Positions 55,513 to 64,000 of a stretch of DNA of 64,000 bases are shown in pieces (positions within the stretch are counted from its first letter, which is position 1; the number at the start of each line of letters is the position of its first letter). Source of the stretch: Raoultibacter sp. Its GTDB lineage: Bacteria > Actinomycetota > Coriobacteriia > Coriobacteriales > Eggerthellaceae. Both the position numbers and the translations under genes were made by a program. The stretch covers positions 7,652-71,651 of the forward strand of contig JAVWAI010000002.1 of NCBI GenBank assembly GCA_036650075.1, in the 5' to 3' direction. The notes beneath the pieces were generated by a model. The model was not told the origin of the DNA, searched no databases, and was given only the letters and a program-made list of their open reading frames with translations.

Positions 55513-55830
55513 TTATGCCTCCCTCGCTTCGCTCTCGGAGATCATTTCCAGAGCTCCGAATTTACATTCATTAACACAAACACCGCAACCCTTGCAGTGA
55601 TCGTAGTCGATACCGACCATTTCGCCATCTTTAACTTCGATGGAAGAGTCGGGGCAATACGCCCAGCACAACATACAGTTTTTGCAGGCATCCTTCGACC
55701 AGACAGGACGCTGGCTGCGCCAACCACCGGTAATATAGAGCTTAGAGTTACCCGCATCCGGGCAAGCTACACCGATGGGGAAATCGCTTGGTTTCCAATC
55801 ATCGAATGTGGTCACATCATACGTGCTCAT
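55513..55830 (-). CDS. porD: 2-oxoacid:ferredoxin oxidoreductase delta subunit (2x 4Fe-4S ferredoxin)
   Basis: 105 aa with CKNCMLCWAYCP and CKGCGVCVNEC motifs. Confidence 0.88.
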   Translation of the reverse strand: MSTYDVTTFDDWKPSDFPIGVACPDAGNSKLYITGGWRSQRPVWSKDACKNCMLCWAYCPDSSIEVKDGEMVGIDYDHCKGCGVCVNECKFGALEMISESEAREA

Positions 55831-56399
55831 ACCTGGACCTCCTCATACGCGCGATCGACGCTGGCAATGTTTGCATCAACCATTTCCTTGGCAAATTTTT
55901 TGCCGAACGTAATGATCAAGCGCTCTTCAACCTTTTCCTTGGGAAACATCCCCGTAATCTTAGAAAGAGCTCCGACGAGCGGCGTGTTGGGCATGTCCTT
56001 TTTAATGGTGTCCATGGCGATGCCGGTAGCGTCAACTACGGCAACTTTCACGGAATCCGAAACGCCGAGTTTCTTACGAGCAGCCGCAAGATCCATCTTC
56101 GTATTGAGCAAAACCGTCCCGTCTTCGGGCAGGCCTTCCGTCACGTCGATAGCATCGAGCAACGTGTCGTCCAACACGATGACGATATCCGGGTTGGTGA
56201 TATTATTGTGCACTTCAATCGGGTCGCTAGAAACACGTGTGTAGGCCTTCAGGGGTGCGCCGGTGCGCTCGGGGCCGTATTCTGGCATAGCCTGAATATA
56301 AGAACCCGCTAATAGCGCGGTGTCCGCAACCAGTTTGGCTGCGGTAACTGCACCCTGACCAGCACGTGCGTGCCAGCGAATTTCGGTCAGCTGAGACAT
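55827..56399 (-). CDS. porG: 2-oxoacid:ferredoxin oxidoreductase gamma subunit
   Basis: 190 aa with the IRWHARAGQGAVTAAKLVA motif typical of the gamma subunit. Overlaps porD by 4 nt. Confidence 0.88.
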   Translation of the reverse strand: MSQLTEIRWHARAGQGAVTAAKLVADTALLAGSYIQAMPEYGPERTGAPLKAYTRVSSDPIEVHNNITNPDIVIVLDDTLLDAIDVTEGLPEDGTVLLNTKMDLAAARKKLGVSDSVKVAVVDATGIAMDTIKKDMPNTPLVGALSKITGMFPKEKVEERLIITFGKKFAKEMVDANIASVDRAYEEVQV

Positions 56400-56893
56400 A
56401 CCTCTCCTCTCGCTTGAGCTTTGTGACTTTGCTCGTCTTTGGGGTATAACGGTTGTTAATGATACCAGCGCTTTTCCCTATTAAAGTGAAAAACACACCC
56501 TGTACCTTTTCGAGGGCACGCCGCTTCGGTAAGTGGAAATTTATGTGAGCAGAGCGTGGAGATGAGGAGAAAACCCCTCATCCAACTTGTCGTGATCGCC
56601 AAAAACTCTTCAAATCAACGAGACAGAGAGGCTCTTTATCGACTTATCCCCGCAGCAGTACCATCCGCTTAACCGCCCACGAAGCATCATCAATAGCACA
56701 TTTCATGAATAAGTGGCAACTTATGTGCCGCTCTCTTTTACGCCTCCTCAATGTTATGCGATTTATTTTACCAATTGCCTACATTCTTTGAGCTTTCCTT
56801 GGCAGTTTGAGACAATTTCTGCGGTTTGCTCTAAAATGAGCTCACTGGGGGTAACCCGTCACGCACGACCGTAGGTATAATCAGGAGGGAAAT

Positions 56894-58492
56894 ATGGAAG
56901 AAAATATTAGCAAGAACCTCTCGCGCCGCACGTTCCTCGCGGGCAGCGCCATTGCAGCAGCATCCTTGGGCTTCGGCCTGGTAGGCTGCGGATCCAGCTC
57001 AAGCTCAAGCAGCAATTCAGCCGGTAGCTCTACCGGCGCCGTTGGAGGTGGCACGCTCACCGCGGCCGTCGCTTACGAAACCAAGAACTACCTGCCGTTG
57101 AACAACTCATCGGCTTTGGCCGTCGGTGCCAACTGGCACGTCGTCGAAGGTCTCTACGAGCTCAACATGAGCACGTTCAAACCTTACAACGCACTCGCCG
57201 CCGGTGACCCGGTCAAGATTTCCGACACCGAATATGAAGTAAAACTTCGTGACGGTGCCAAGTTCTCAGACGGCACCCCGGTAACCGCTGAAGATGTTGT
57301 GGCTTCCTACGATCGTACGGTTTCCGCCAAGGGTGCCTTGTATCTTTCGATGCTGTCCTTCATCCAGAGCATTTCTGCCAAGGATGACGCTACCGTCAAG
57401 ATTACGCTCGCTCATCCGTTCTCGCTCCTTAAAGAACGTCTGCCGCTAATCAAGGTTGTCCCCACGAAGGCAACCGATGCCGACCTTACCGCTAAGCCAA
57501 TCGGTTCGGGCCCCTGGCAGTATGACTCCATCAGCGAAGCTGAGATCGCGTTTTCGCCCAATACGAACTACAACGGCGGCCATGCAGCGAAAGACACCGC
57601 TATGAAGTGGAGTATCATCAAGGATGACACCGCTCGCACCACCGCCATGCAGGAAGGCACCGTCACGGTTATGGAAAACGTTCCCGCCGACGTCGCTGAC
57701 CAGCTTAAGTCTGCCGGCGCAACCGTTGAACCGGTTCAGGGCTTCAACCTGCCCTTCCTCATGTTCAACACCAAGAAAAAGCCTTTTGACGACAACCGTG
57801 TTCGCCAGGCATTCTTCTATGCTATCGACACAAAGAAACTGATTTCCAACGCTATGTCAGATATGGCATCGCCGGTCACCAGCTTCCTACCCGAAAACCA
57901 CGCCAATTACAACAAGGCTGCCACCGTCTTCACCTATGACACCGAAAAGGCAAAATCTCTGCTTAAAGACGCGGGCGTTACCGCTTTGTCCATCACCCTG
58001 GACACGACGGACCACCCGTGGATTAAAGCACTGTCACCGCAGATCAAGAACGACCTCGAAGCCGCCGGCATCAAGGTTTCCATCCAGGAACAGGCTTCTT
58101 CCGCCCTGTATGCAAACCGCACCGACGTGGACGATCCGCAATACGATGTCGCCCTGGCTCCTGGCGATCCCTCCGTATTCGGAAACGACCCCGACCTCCT
58201 CATGAACTGGTGGTATGGCGACAACACCTGGACGCAGAAGCGCAGCCAGTGGAAGGGTTCTGACAAATTCAACGAACTCCACACACTTATGCAGTCTGCC
58301 ATCGAGAAGACTGGTGCTGATCAGCAGAAGCTTTGGAACCAGTGCTTCGACCTCTTGGCCGATCAGGTTCCGCTGTATCCCCTGTTCCACCGCAAGGTCT
58401 CTACGGCTTTCTTCGCCGACAAGATTGACGGATTTACGCCGATTGGCACCACTGGCCTAAACCTGGTTGACGCCGCATCGAAAACTGCCTAA
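56894..58492 (+). CDS. ABC transporter substrate-binding protein, family 5 (DppA/OppA/NikA class); Tat-type signal plus lipobox
   Basis: 532 aa. The N-terminus has SRRTFLAGSAIAAASLGFGLVGCGSSSSSS, which combines a twin-arginine motif and an LVGC lipobox. Family-5 fold length. AGGAGG RBS. The ligand is not assignable (see findings). Confidence 0.88.
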   Translation: MEENISKNLSRRTFLAGSAIAAASLGFGLVGCGSSSSSSSNSAGSSTGAVGGGTLTAAVAYETKNYLPLNNSSALAVGANWHVVEGLYELNMSTFKPYNALAAGDPVKISDTEYEVKLRDGAKFSDGTPVTAEDVVASYDRTVSAKGALYLSMLSFIQSISAKDDATVKITLAHPFSLLKERLPLIKVVPTKATDADLTAKPIGSGPWQYDSISEAEIAFSPNTNYNGGHAAKDTAMKWSIIKDDTARTTAMQEGTVTVMENVPADVADQLKSAGATVEPVQGFNLPFLMFNTKKKPFDDNRVRQAFFYAIDTKKLISNAMSDMASPVTSFLPENHANYNKAATVFTYDTEKAKSLLKDAGVTALSITLDTTDHPWIKALSPQIKNDLEAAGIKVSIQEQASSALYANRTDVDDPQYDVALAPGDPSVFGNDPDLLMNWWYGDNTWTQKRSQWKGSDKFNELHTLMQSAIEKTGADQQKLWNQCFDLLADQVPLYPLFHRKVSTAFFADKIDGFTPIGTTGLNLVDAASKTA

Positions 58493-58549
58493 TAAAATCG
58501 CAAGACATTCGGTAGGTATCACCGTATAATAAGTTTTGGTTTGTATTTT

Positions 58550-58579
58550 AAACCTGCATCGCATAAGCGGTGCAGGTTT
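58550..58579 (+). terminator. Hairpin after the binding-protein gene (partial terminator or attenuator)
   Basis: AAACCTGCA-12 nt-TGCAGGTTT followed by CTTTCT. A second small hairpin, GGGCAT-GAAG-ATGCCC, lies at 58593-58608. Confidence 0.5.
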
Positions 58580-58631
58580 CTTTCTGGTAAAACGGGCATG
58601 AAGATGCCCCTGATCAACGAAGGGGGCTGCG

Positions 58632-59588
58632 ATGAATAATCTGCTCCGATTGGTTGGCAATCGGCTGATCGCCCTGCCCATCATGGTACTAGGCGTTACC
58701 ATTCTTGTATTCTTTTTGATGTCATTTTCACCAATCGATCCCGCCTACTCGGCATTGGGTGAAGGCGCTTCACCAGAAGCCCTCGATGCCTATCGCCAAA
58801 TGCATGGATTGAACGACCCGTGGATCGTCCAGTACGGCAATTTCATGGCAGGTCTGTTTCAGGGTGATCTCGGAACGTATGGAGCAAACGAATCCTCCGT
58901 CGGCGACAAGATTGCGTCGGCTCTCCCCATCACCTTGCAACTGACCTTCATGGGCCTGATTATCGCCGTCGTCATCGCGTTGACTTTCGGTGTTATTTCA
59001 GCAGTGTATCGCGATAAGTGGCCCGATCAAATCATTCGAGTTTTCTCAATCGCCTGCATCGCAACACCCTCGTTTTGGCTCGCCGTTCTTTTGATTCTCC
59101 TCTTCTCATCAACGATGCATATGCTGCCCGCCGCCGGAGCTCTGCCGAATTTCTTCGACAATCCCGGCGGCTACTTTGCCCGCATGGCTATGCCGGCATT
59201 TGCTCTCGGCATTCCCGTTGCCGGTCAATTGACGCGCGTCATCCGCACCTCGATGGTCGAAGAGCTTGATAAGGACTACGTGCGCACGGCAATCGGAGCG
59301 GGCATCCCTCGTCCCATCGTCATTGCCCGCAACGTACTGCGCAACGCACTCATCACTCCCGTTACCGTTTTGGGTCTGCGCATCGGGTACTTGATTGGCG
59401 GCGCTGTCGTTATCGAGGTTATCTTTAATCTTCCCGGCATGGGCATGGCTATCCTCCAGGGCGTGCAGGAAAATTACCCGACGCTCGTGCAAGGCGTAAC
59501 CCTCACGGTTGCTCTGACTTTCATCCTGATCAACATTGTGGTCGATATGCTCTACATCGTTATCAACCCCCGAATCAGGACGGTGTAG
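58632..59588 (+). CDS. ABC permease (DppB/OppB type)
   Basis: 318 aa, 6-TM BPD_transp_1 family. The N-terminus LLRLVGNRLIALPIMVLGVTILVFFLM is typical of DppB. Confidence 0.9.
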   Translation: MNNLLRLVGNRLIALPIMVLGVTILVFFLMSFSPIDPAYSALGEGASPEALDAYRQMHGLNDPWIVQYGNFMAGLFQGDLGTYGANESSVGDKIASALPITLQLTFMGLIIAVVIALTFGVISAVYRDKWPDQIIRVFSIACIATPSFWLAVLLILLFSSTMHMLPAAGALPNFFDNPGGYFARMAMPAFALGIPVAGQLTRVIRTSMVEELDKDYVRTAIGAGIPRPIVIARNVLRNALITPVTVLGLRIGYLIGGAVVIEVIFNLPGMGMAILQGVQENYPTLVQGVTLTVALTFILINIVVDMLYIVINPRIRTV

Positions 59589-59591
59589 CTC

Positions 59592-61613
59592 ATGTTTTGG
59601 CGTAAATCTCTCACCGAAAAAATGGAAGCGAATCCAGGTCACGTGCACTTCCGCCGCTGGCGCGCCATGAGTATCGGCTCTCGTATTTCCCTTGTTGTTC
59701 TCGTGTTGATCGTCCTTGCCGCAGCGTGCGCTTCCTTTGTGGCACCCCACGATCCCCTGGAAATCTTCACCGCTCGCCAAGCACCATCAGGCGAATTTTT
59801 ATTCGGCACCGATGATAAAGGCCGCGATGTCTTATCGCGCATGATCTACGGCGCTCGCTACTCGCTTACCATCGGCTTATTCGCTACAGCATTCGCTCTG
59901 GCCTGCGGATCGATTCTCGGCTCGCTCGCCGCCGTTTCGCGCAAGGCCGTTTCCGAAACCATTATGCGCATCATGGATGTCATCATGTCGTTCCCCGGCA
60001 TTGCTCTTGCTGCCGTGTTCGTCACCGTATTCGGAAACTCACTTCCCTCGCTCGTCTTCGCCATCGGCTTTCTCTATATCCCCCAGATTGCCCGCGTGGT
60101 CCGCGCCAACGTCGTCAATGAATACGGCCAAGATTACGTTCGTGCCGCTATCGTTTCCGGAGCGCACGCTCCCTGGATCTTGGTGAAGCACGTTGTCCGC
60201 AACTGCATCGCCCCCGTTATGGTCTTCACCATCGTACTCGTCGCCGATGCCATCGTGTTCGAAGCTTCACTTTCTTTCATCAGTGCAGGCATCCCCGAAC
60301 CGACCCCCACCTGGGGCAACATTTTGGCCGATGCTCGCTCCGGCGTTTTGGCCGGTCGCTGGTGGCAGGCAATGTTCCCCGGTCTCGCTATCATGATTAC
60401 GGTTTTGTGCCTCAATATCTTGTCTGAAGGCATGACCGACGCTATGGCTGCTGCGCCGAAAGCCCCCATAAAGGCAAGCGACTCTAACGTCTTGGCCTCG
60501 CGTGAAGCTGACAAACTCGTTGCCGACCCGAGCCTTGCCTACGCAACCCAGGCCGAATCGCTCAAACGGAGACTCTCCGATCTGAAAGCGACCGAGATGA
60601 CGCGCACCGACCGCTTCGAAGCCCATACGTCAGTGGAGCCCATCCTTGTGGTGAACGATCTGAGTATCCAGTTCCCCCGCCACGGCAACGTCGATATTAT
60701 CGACCACATCAGTTTCGTTGTCCGTCCGCGTCAAACGATGGGCCTCGTCGGCGAATCGGGCTGCGGCAAATCCATCACCGCGCTCGCCATTATGGGGCTG
60801 CTTGATCCAAAGGCGAAAATCACTTCGGGTGAAATTCTCTATCAGGGACAAGACCTCCTCAAGATGAACGACAAGCAGCGCAACGCCCTGCGCGGCAAAG
60901 AAATCGCCATGGTGTACCAAGATGCGCTTTCGTCGCTCAACCCGTCCATGCTTATCAAGTCACAGATGAAACAGTTGACCAAGCGCGGGGGCACTCGCAC
61001 AGCTGAAGACTTGCTCGAACTCGTCGGTCTCGACCCCGAACGCACACTGGGTTCTTACCCGCACGAACTTTCCGGTGGCCAACGTCAGCGCGTGCTGATC
61101 GCCATGGCTCTTACCCGCGACCCGAAACTTATCATCTGCGACGAACCCACCACAGCCCTTGACGTAACGGTGCAGAAACAGGTTATCGACCTTTTGAACC
61201 GCCTTCAGAAAGAGCTCGGCTTTGCCATGGTGTTCGTCAGCCACGACCTCGCTCTCGTTGCGGAAGTGGCCAACTCGATTACCGTTATGTACGCCGGCCA
61301 AGTGGTCGAACAGGGTCCCGTTCGCGACATTCTCTGCTACCCCATCCACGAATACACCCGTGGTCTTCTCGGTTCCGTACTTTCCATTGAAGCTAAGTCC
61401 GATCGCCTGCATCAGGTTCCCGGATCGGTACCAAGCCCACAAGACTTCGCTCAAGGTGATCGCTTCGCACCGCGCTCGAGTCATTTCAGCGTCAAATCGG
61501 ACGTTCGTCCGATTATTAAACGCTACAAGAACAGTGACCACTACTATGCCGAGCTACCCGATGCCGAACTGAAGACAATCGGACTGACGCCCTATGATGG
61601 AGGCGAACAATGA
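59592..61613 (+). CDS. Fused ABC permease (DppC/OppC type) - ATP-binding protein (DppD/OppD type)
   Basis: One 673-aa ORF. Residues ~1-285 form a 6-TM permease with a GTDDKGRDVLSR motif. A ~60-aa linker follows, then an NBD with Walker A GESGCGKS, signature LSGGQRQR, Walker B IICDEPTTALD and the oligopeptide-type C-terminal domain. Confidence 0.9.
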   Translation: MFWRKSLTEKMEANPGHVHFRRWRAMSIGSRISLVVLVLIVLAAACASFVAPHDPLEIFTARQAPSGEFLFGTDDKGRDVLSRMIYGARYSLTIGLFATAFALACGSILGSLAAVSRKAVSETIMRIMDVIMSFPGIALAAVFVTVFGNSLPSLVFAIGFLYIPQIARVVRANVVNEYGQDYVRAAIVSGAHAPWILVKHVVRNCIAPVMVFTIVLVADAIVFEASLSFISAGIPEPTPTWGNILADARSGVLAGRWWQAMFPGLAIMITVLCLNILSEGMTDAMAAAPKAPIKASDSNVLASREADKLVADPSLAYATQAESLKRRLSDLKATEMTRTDRFEAHTSVEPILVVNDLSIQFPRHGNVDIIDHISFVVRPRQTMGLVGESGCGKSITALAIMGLLDPKAKITSGEILYQGQDLLKMNDKQRNALRGKEIAMVYQDALSSLNPSMLIKSQMKQLTKRGGTRTAEDLLELVGLDPERTLGSYPHELSGGQRQRVLIAMALTRDPKLIICDEPTTALDVTVQKQVIDLLNRLQKELGFAMVFVSHDLALVAEVANSITVMYAGQVVEQGPVRDILCYPIHEYTRGLLGSVLSIEAKSDRLHQVPGSVPSPQDFAQGDRFAPRSSHFSVKSDVRPIIKRYKNSDHYYAELPDAELKTIGLTPYDGGEQ

Positions 61614-62449
61614 TCGAACAGACGAAACAAACACCCCCCGCCTCCGATGAGCCCATTATCTTCCTCGATGATGTCCACGTGATATTCAAAACGCGAACCG
61701 GATCACTGCTCCACCCCAACAAGGTGCACGCCGTCCAGGGTCTTACCCTTAAGCTGATGCCCGGTGAAACTATCGGGATCGTCGGCGAATCGGGCTGCGG
61801 TAAATCAACCACCGCAAACATGATTTGCGGTTTACAGGCCCCAACAACCGGCAAGGTGTTCTTCAAGGGAGTCGACGTCACAAAACGCACGGCGGCGCAG
61901 AGACGCGTCATTGGCCGCGTGGTATCGGTGGTATTCCAAGACCCGGCGACGGCTCTCAATGCCCGCATGAGCGTTCATGACCAGTTGATAGACCCCTTGA
62001 ACGTCCACAGCATCGGATCAAAAAGCGAACGCGAGACCCGCACGAACGACTTGATCGAAATGGTCGGTCTACCCAAGTCGGTGCTCAACGCCCTGCCGGG
62101 ACAACTTTCCGGCGGCCAGCGTCAGCGCGTTGCTATCGCCCGCGCCTTGGCTCTTTCCCCCGACGCCATCATTGCCGACGAGCCAACCTCAGCTCTCGAC
62201 GTTTCGGTGCGAGCTCAAATCCTCAATCTCTTGTCCGACCTGAAGCGCGACCTGGGGTTGTCCATGGTGTTCATCAGCCACGACATCCAAACCGTGCGCT
62301 ACATTTCAGACCGCATCATCGTAATGAACAAAGGTAAAGTGGTTGAAGCCGGACCTTCAGTGGATGTTTTTGACAACCCGAAAGACGACTACACAAAGAT
62401 ATTGCTCAACGCTTCACCCTCTCTGCTTCATCCCGATATCAAAAAGTAA
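61610..62449 (+). CDS. ABC ATP-binding protein (DppF/OppF type)
   Basis: Walker A GESGCGKST, signature LSGGQRQR, Walker B IIADEPTSALD. Overlaps the preceding gene by 4 nt. Confidence 0.92.
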   Translation: MIEQTKQTPPASDEPIIFLDDVHVIFKTRTGSLLHPNKVHAVQGLTLKLMPGETIGIVGESGCGKSTTANMICGLQAPTTGKVFFKGVDVTKRTAAQRRVIGRVVSVVFQDPATALNARMSVHDQLIDPLNVHSIGSKSERETRTNDLIEMVGLPKSVLNALPGQLSGGQRQRVAIARALALSPDAIIADEPTSALDVSVRAQILNLLSDLKRDLGLSMVFISHDIQTVRYISDRIIVMNKGKVVEAGPSVDVFDNPKDDYTKILLNASPSLLHPDIKK

Positions 62450-62459
62450 TGTGCGCAAG

Positions 62460-62488
62460 AAACGCTCCTTTTCCCGAGGAGCGTTTTT
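62460..62488 (+). terminator. Rho-independent terminator after the ABC operon
   Basis: AAACGCTCCT-7 nt-AGGAGCGTTTTT. Confidence 0.75.
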
Positions 62489-62492
62489 CATC

Positions 62493-62521
62493 TTGACGAA
62501 CAAGGAGCAAGACAATATAGT
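62493..62521 (+). promoter_or_regulatory. Candidate sigma70 promoter for the DapA/NanA-family gene
   Basis: TTGACG (62493-62498), a 17-nt spacer, then TATAGT (62516-62521). It is 42 nt upstream of the ATG. Confidence 0.6.
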
Positions 62522-62563
62522 TGCTCACGTTTCACGCCCACTTTCTAGACTAAGGTTTATGAC

Positions 62564-63508
62564 ATGAATGATCTCAAGTTTCACGGCGTCATCCCTCCGG
62601 TAATCGTTCCGCTGACCCAAGATCGTCAGCTTGATGAAGCCTCGTTCGAGCGCTCTATCAATCGCATGATTGATGCCGGCGTTCACGGTCTGTTCTTCCT
62701 CGGCTCCAGCGGCGAAGTCGCTTTCCTCAACGACGACCAGCGCTATGAGCTTCTTGCCGAAGCCGTGCGTATCGTTGCCGGGCGGGTGCCCGTCCTTGCC
62801 GGCATCATCGATATGGAAACGGAACGCGTCATCGCTCAAGCTCGCCGCACCGAAAGCTGCGGTGTCGACGCGCTCGTTGCCACCGCACCCTTCTACGCTC
62901 TCGGCGGACCAAAGGAAAACGAACGCCACTTCCGCAAGATTCGCGAGGTGACCGACCTTCCCCTATTCGCTTATGACCTGCCTGTTTGCGTACACACCAA
63001 ACTTGACCCGACCATGCTGGTGCGCCTCGGAACCGATGGCGTCATCAACGGAGTGAAAGATTCCTCCGGAGACGATGTCTCATTCCGCTTCCTCTGCCTT
63101 GAAAACGAAGATGCGGGCTCACCGCTCACTCTTCTGACCGGACAGGAAGTCGTCGTTGATGGCGCTTATCTGGGCGGCGCTCATGGTTCCGTTCCCGGCC
63201 TGGCAAACATCGATCCCGAAAGCTACGTTCGTCAATGGAATGCCTTTCAGGCGAAAGACTGGGATGCAGTACGCACCGAACAAGATCACCTTGCTCGTCT
63301 TATGTTCATGACGCGCTTCGTAAAGGCAACGGTCGGTTTCGGCGCAGGCGTCGGTGCATTCAAGACAGCTCTGTGGCAAATGGAAGTTTTCGACACGAAC
63401 CAAATGCGCGAACCGGTACAAGCGCTGATCGGCGATGACGTTGAGGCCATTGTTGCCGTCCTTAAAGAAGCGGGCATGCTCGACGCCGCTGCCGCCATCC
63501 GTTCATAG
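62564..63508 (+). CDS. DapA/NanA-family class I aldolase (dihydrodipicolinate synthase family; possibly N-acetylneuraminate lyase)
   Basis: GSSGE motif, a Tyr in FAYDLP, and the Schiff-base Lys context GVKDSSGD all align by eye with E. coli NanA (GSTGE, VVYNIP, ALKQTSGD). Family membership is firm; substrate is not. Confidence 0.85.
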   Translation: MNDLKFHGVIPPVIVPLTQDRQLDEASFERSINRMIDAGVHGLFFLGSSGEVAFLNDDQRYELLAEAVRIVAGRVPVLAGIIDMETERVIAQARRTESCGVDALVATAPFYALGGPKENERHFRKIREVTDLPLFAYDLPVCVHTKLDPTMLVRLGTDGVINGVKDSSGDDVSFRFLCLENEDAGSPLTLLTGQEVVVDGAYLGGAHGSVPGLANIDPESYVRQWNAFQAKDWDAVRTEQDHLARLMFMTRFVKATVGFGAGVGAFKTALWQMEVFDTNQMREPVQALIGDDVEAIVAVLKEAGMLDAAAAIRS

Positions 63509-63529
63509 TTCGCGAAGAGGAAATCCGTC

Positions 63530-64000
63530 ATGAGCACCTTCGAACCCACCGCCTTCCCCTCTTCAGTTGTTGCGATCGATATCGGCGGCACTAAAATCGC
63601 CGGCGCAATCGTTACCTACTCCGAAGGCGGAAAGCGACCGAGTGTGCATGACACCCGGGAAGTGCCAACCAATGCCGAACGAGGGGGCGATGCAGTCATT
63701 GAAACACTTGTTTCCCTCGTCAAAGTACTTCTACCCTATGCCGACACCCCTCCACGGGGTATCGGCATAGGCACTGCGGGCTGCGTAGACACCGCTACTG
63801 GCTCGATTTCTTACGCCAATGAGCTTATGCCTGGATGGACCGGACAACCTGTTAGACAACGTCTCAGCGACGAATTTTCTTTACCCGTCGCCGTTATGGG
63901 AGACGTTCACGCTCACGCCCTCGGCGAAACGCGATGGGGCGGTGCCCGCGATCGGGAAAGCTGCCTCTTAATTGCCGCGGGCACGGGATTGGGCGGTGCG
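63530..64000 (+). CDS. ROK-family sugar kinase/regulator, N-terminal part; runs off the right edge
   Basis: Own translation from ATG at 63530 (GAAGAGGA RBS): MSTFEPTAFPSSVVAIDIGGTKIAGAIV...GIGIGTAGCVD...GDVHAHALGE. It has the DxGGT ATP-binding motif and the ROK signature region, and no N-terminal HTH, so a kinase is more likely than a repressor. The frame is open to the window end. Confidence 0.8.
   Translation, partial: MSTFEPTAFPSSVVAIDIGGTKIAGAIVTYSEGGKRPSVHDTREVPTNAERGGDAVIETLVSLVKVLLPYADTPPRGIGIGTAGCVDTATGSISYANELMPGWTGQPVRQRLSDEFSLPVAVMGDVHAHALGETRWGGARDRESCLLIAAGTGLGGA

Noticed and set aside
56874-56879. The TATAAT hexamer immediately upstream of the family-5 binding-protein gene as its -10 box.
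   Set aside because: It abuts the AGGAGG RBS, with the ATG 15 nt downstream. Transcription from it would start inside or after the RBS, and there is no matching -35. It is probably coincidental.

Overview
This is a contiguous chromosomal segment from a monoderm actinobacterium, most likely class Coriobacteriia (Eggerthellaceae-like). That assignment is an inference from three things. The dcw cluster has actinobacterial order with no ftsA and with pgeF directly after ftsZ. The tRNA-Tyr/Thr/Met - tuf - rpmG - tRNA-Trp - secE - nusG - rplK - rplA block has the actinobacterial layout. GC is mid-range by eye (not computed).

Content by position:
- 1-17 kb, minus strand: the complete division/cell-wall cluster mraZ-rsmH-ftsL-ftsI-murE-murF-mraY-murD-ftsW-murG-murC-murB-ftsQ-ftsZ-pgeF.
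- 17-23.7 kb: xerD-like recombinase, a UPF0371/DUF1846 gene, nadK, murJ and map.
- 23.9-27.1 kb: gadC-gadB acid-resistance pair.
- 27.5-31.9 kb: ribosomal protein/EF-Tu/tRNA block.
- 32.7-35.7 kb: putP and an aminotransferase.
- 35.8-42.3 kb: AddB/AddA-type helicase-nuclease pair.
- 42.4-53.3 kb: the least housekeeping-like block. It holds a BtuF/FecB-type binding protein that is convergent with an FmdE-like/permease/ATPase operon. It also holds a soluble GAF-HisKA_3 kinase with a NarL-type regulator and a periplasmic-type nitrate reductase operon napG-A-B-D-H.
- 53.4-56.4 kb: four-subunit 2-oxoacid:ferredoxin oxidoreductase (porGDAB).
- 56.9-64 kb: family-5 ABC importer with a fused permease-ATPase, then a DapA/NanA-family lyase and a ROK kinase.

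I saw no CRISPR array, IS element, transposase, prophage integrase or rRNA. I found no clear-cut novel multi-gene system.

The best candidates for follow-up are:
- the GAF-kinase/NarL/Nap module, a possible single-polypeptide nitrate sensor;
- a ~40-nt control region shared by the two transcription units of the FmdE-associated importer;
- a duplicated DETGAIM-R-A-H peptide motif in the MurJ tail;
- the likely mis-classed 'peptide' importer next to NanA/ROK genes;
- an unexplained ~0.6-kb ORF-poor stretch at 31.95-32.54 kb.

All start codons trimmed from the ORF track were checked by hand against the printed sequence. Family assignments rest on motifs I could read, not on database searches.
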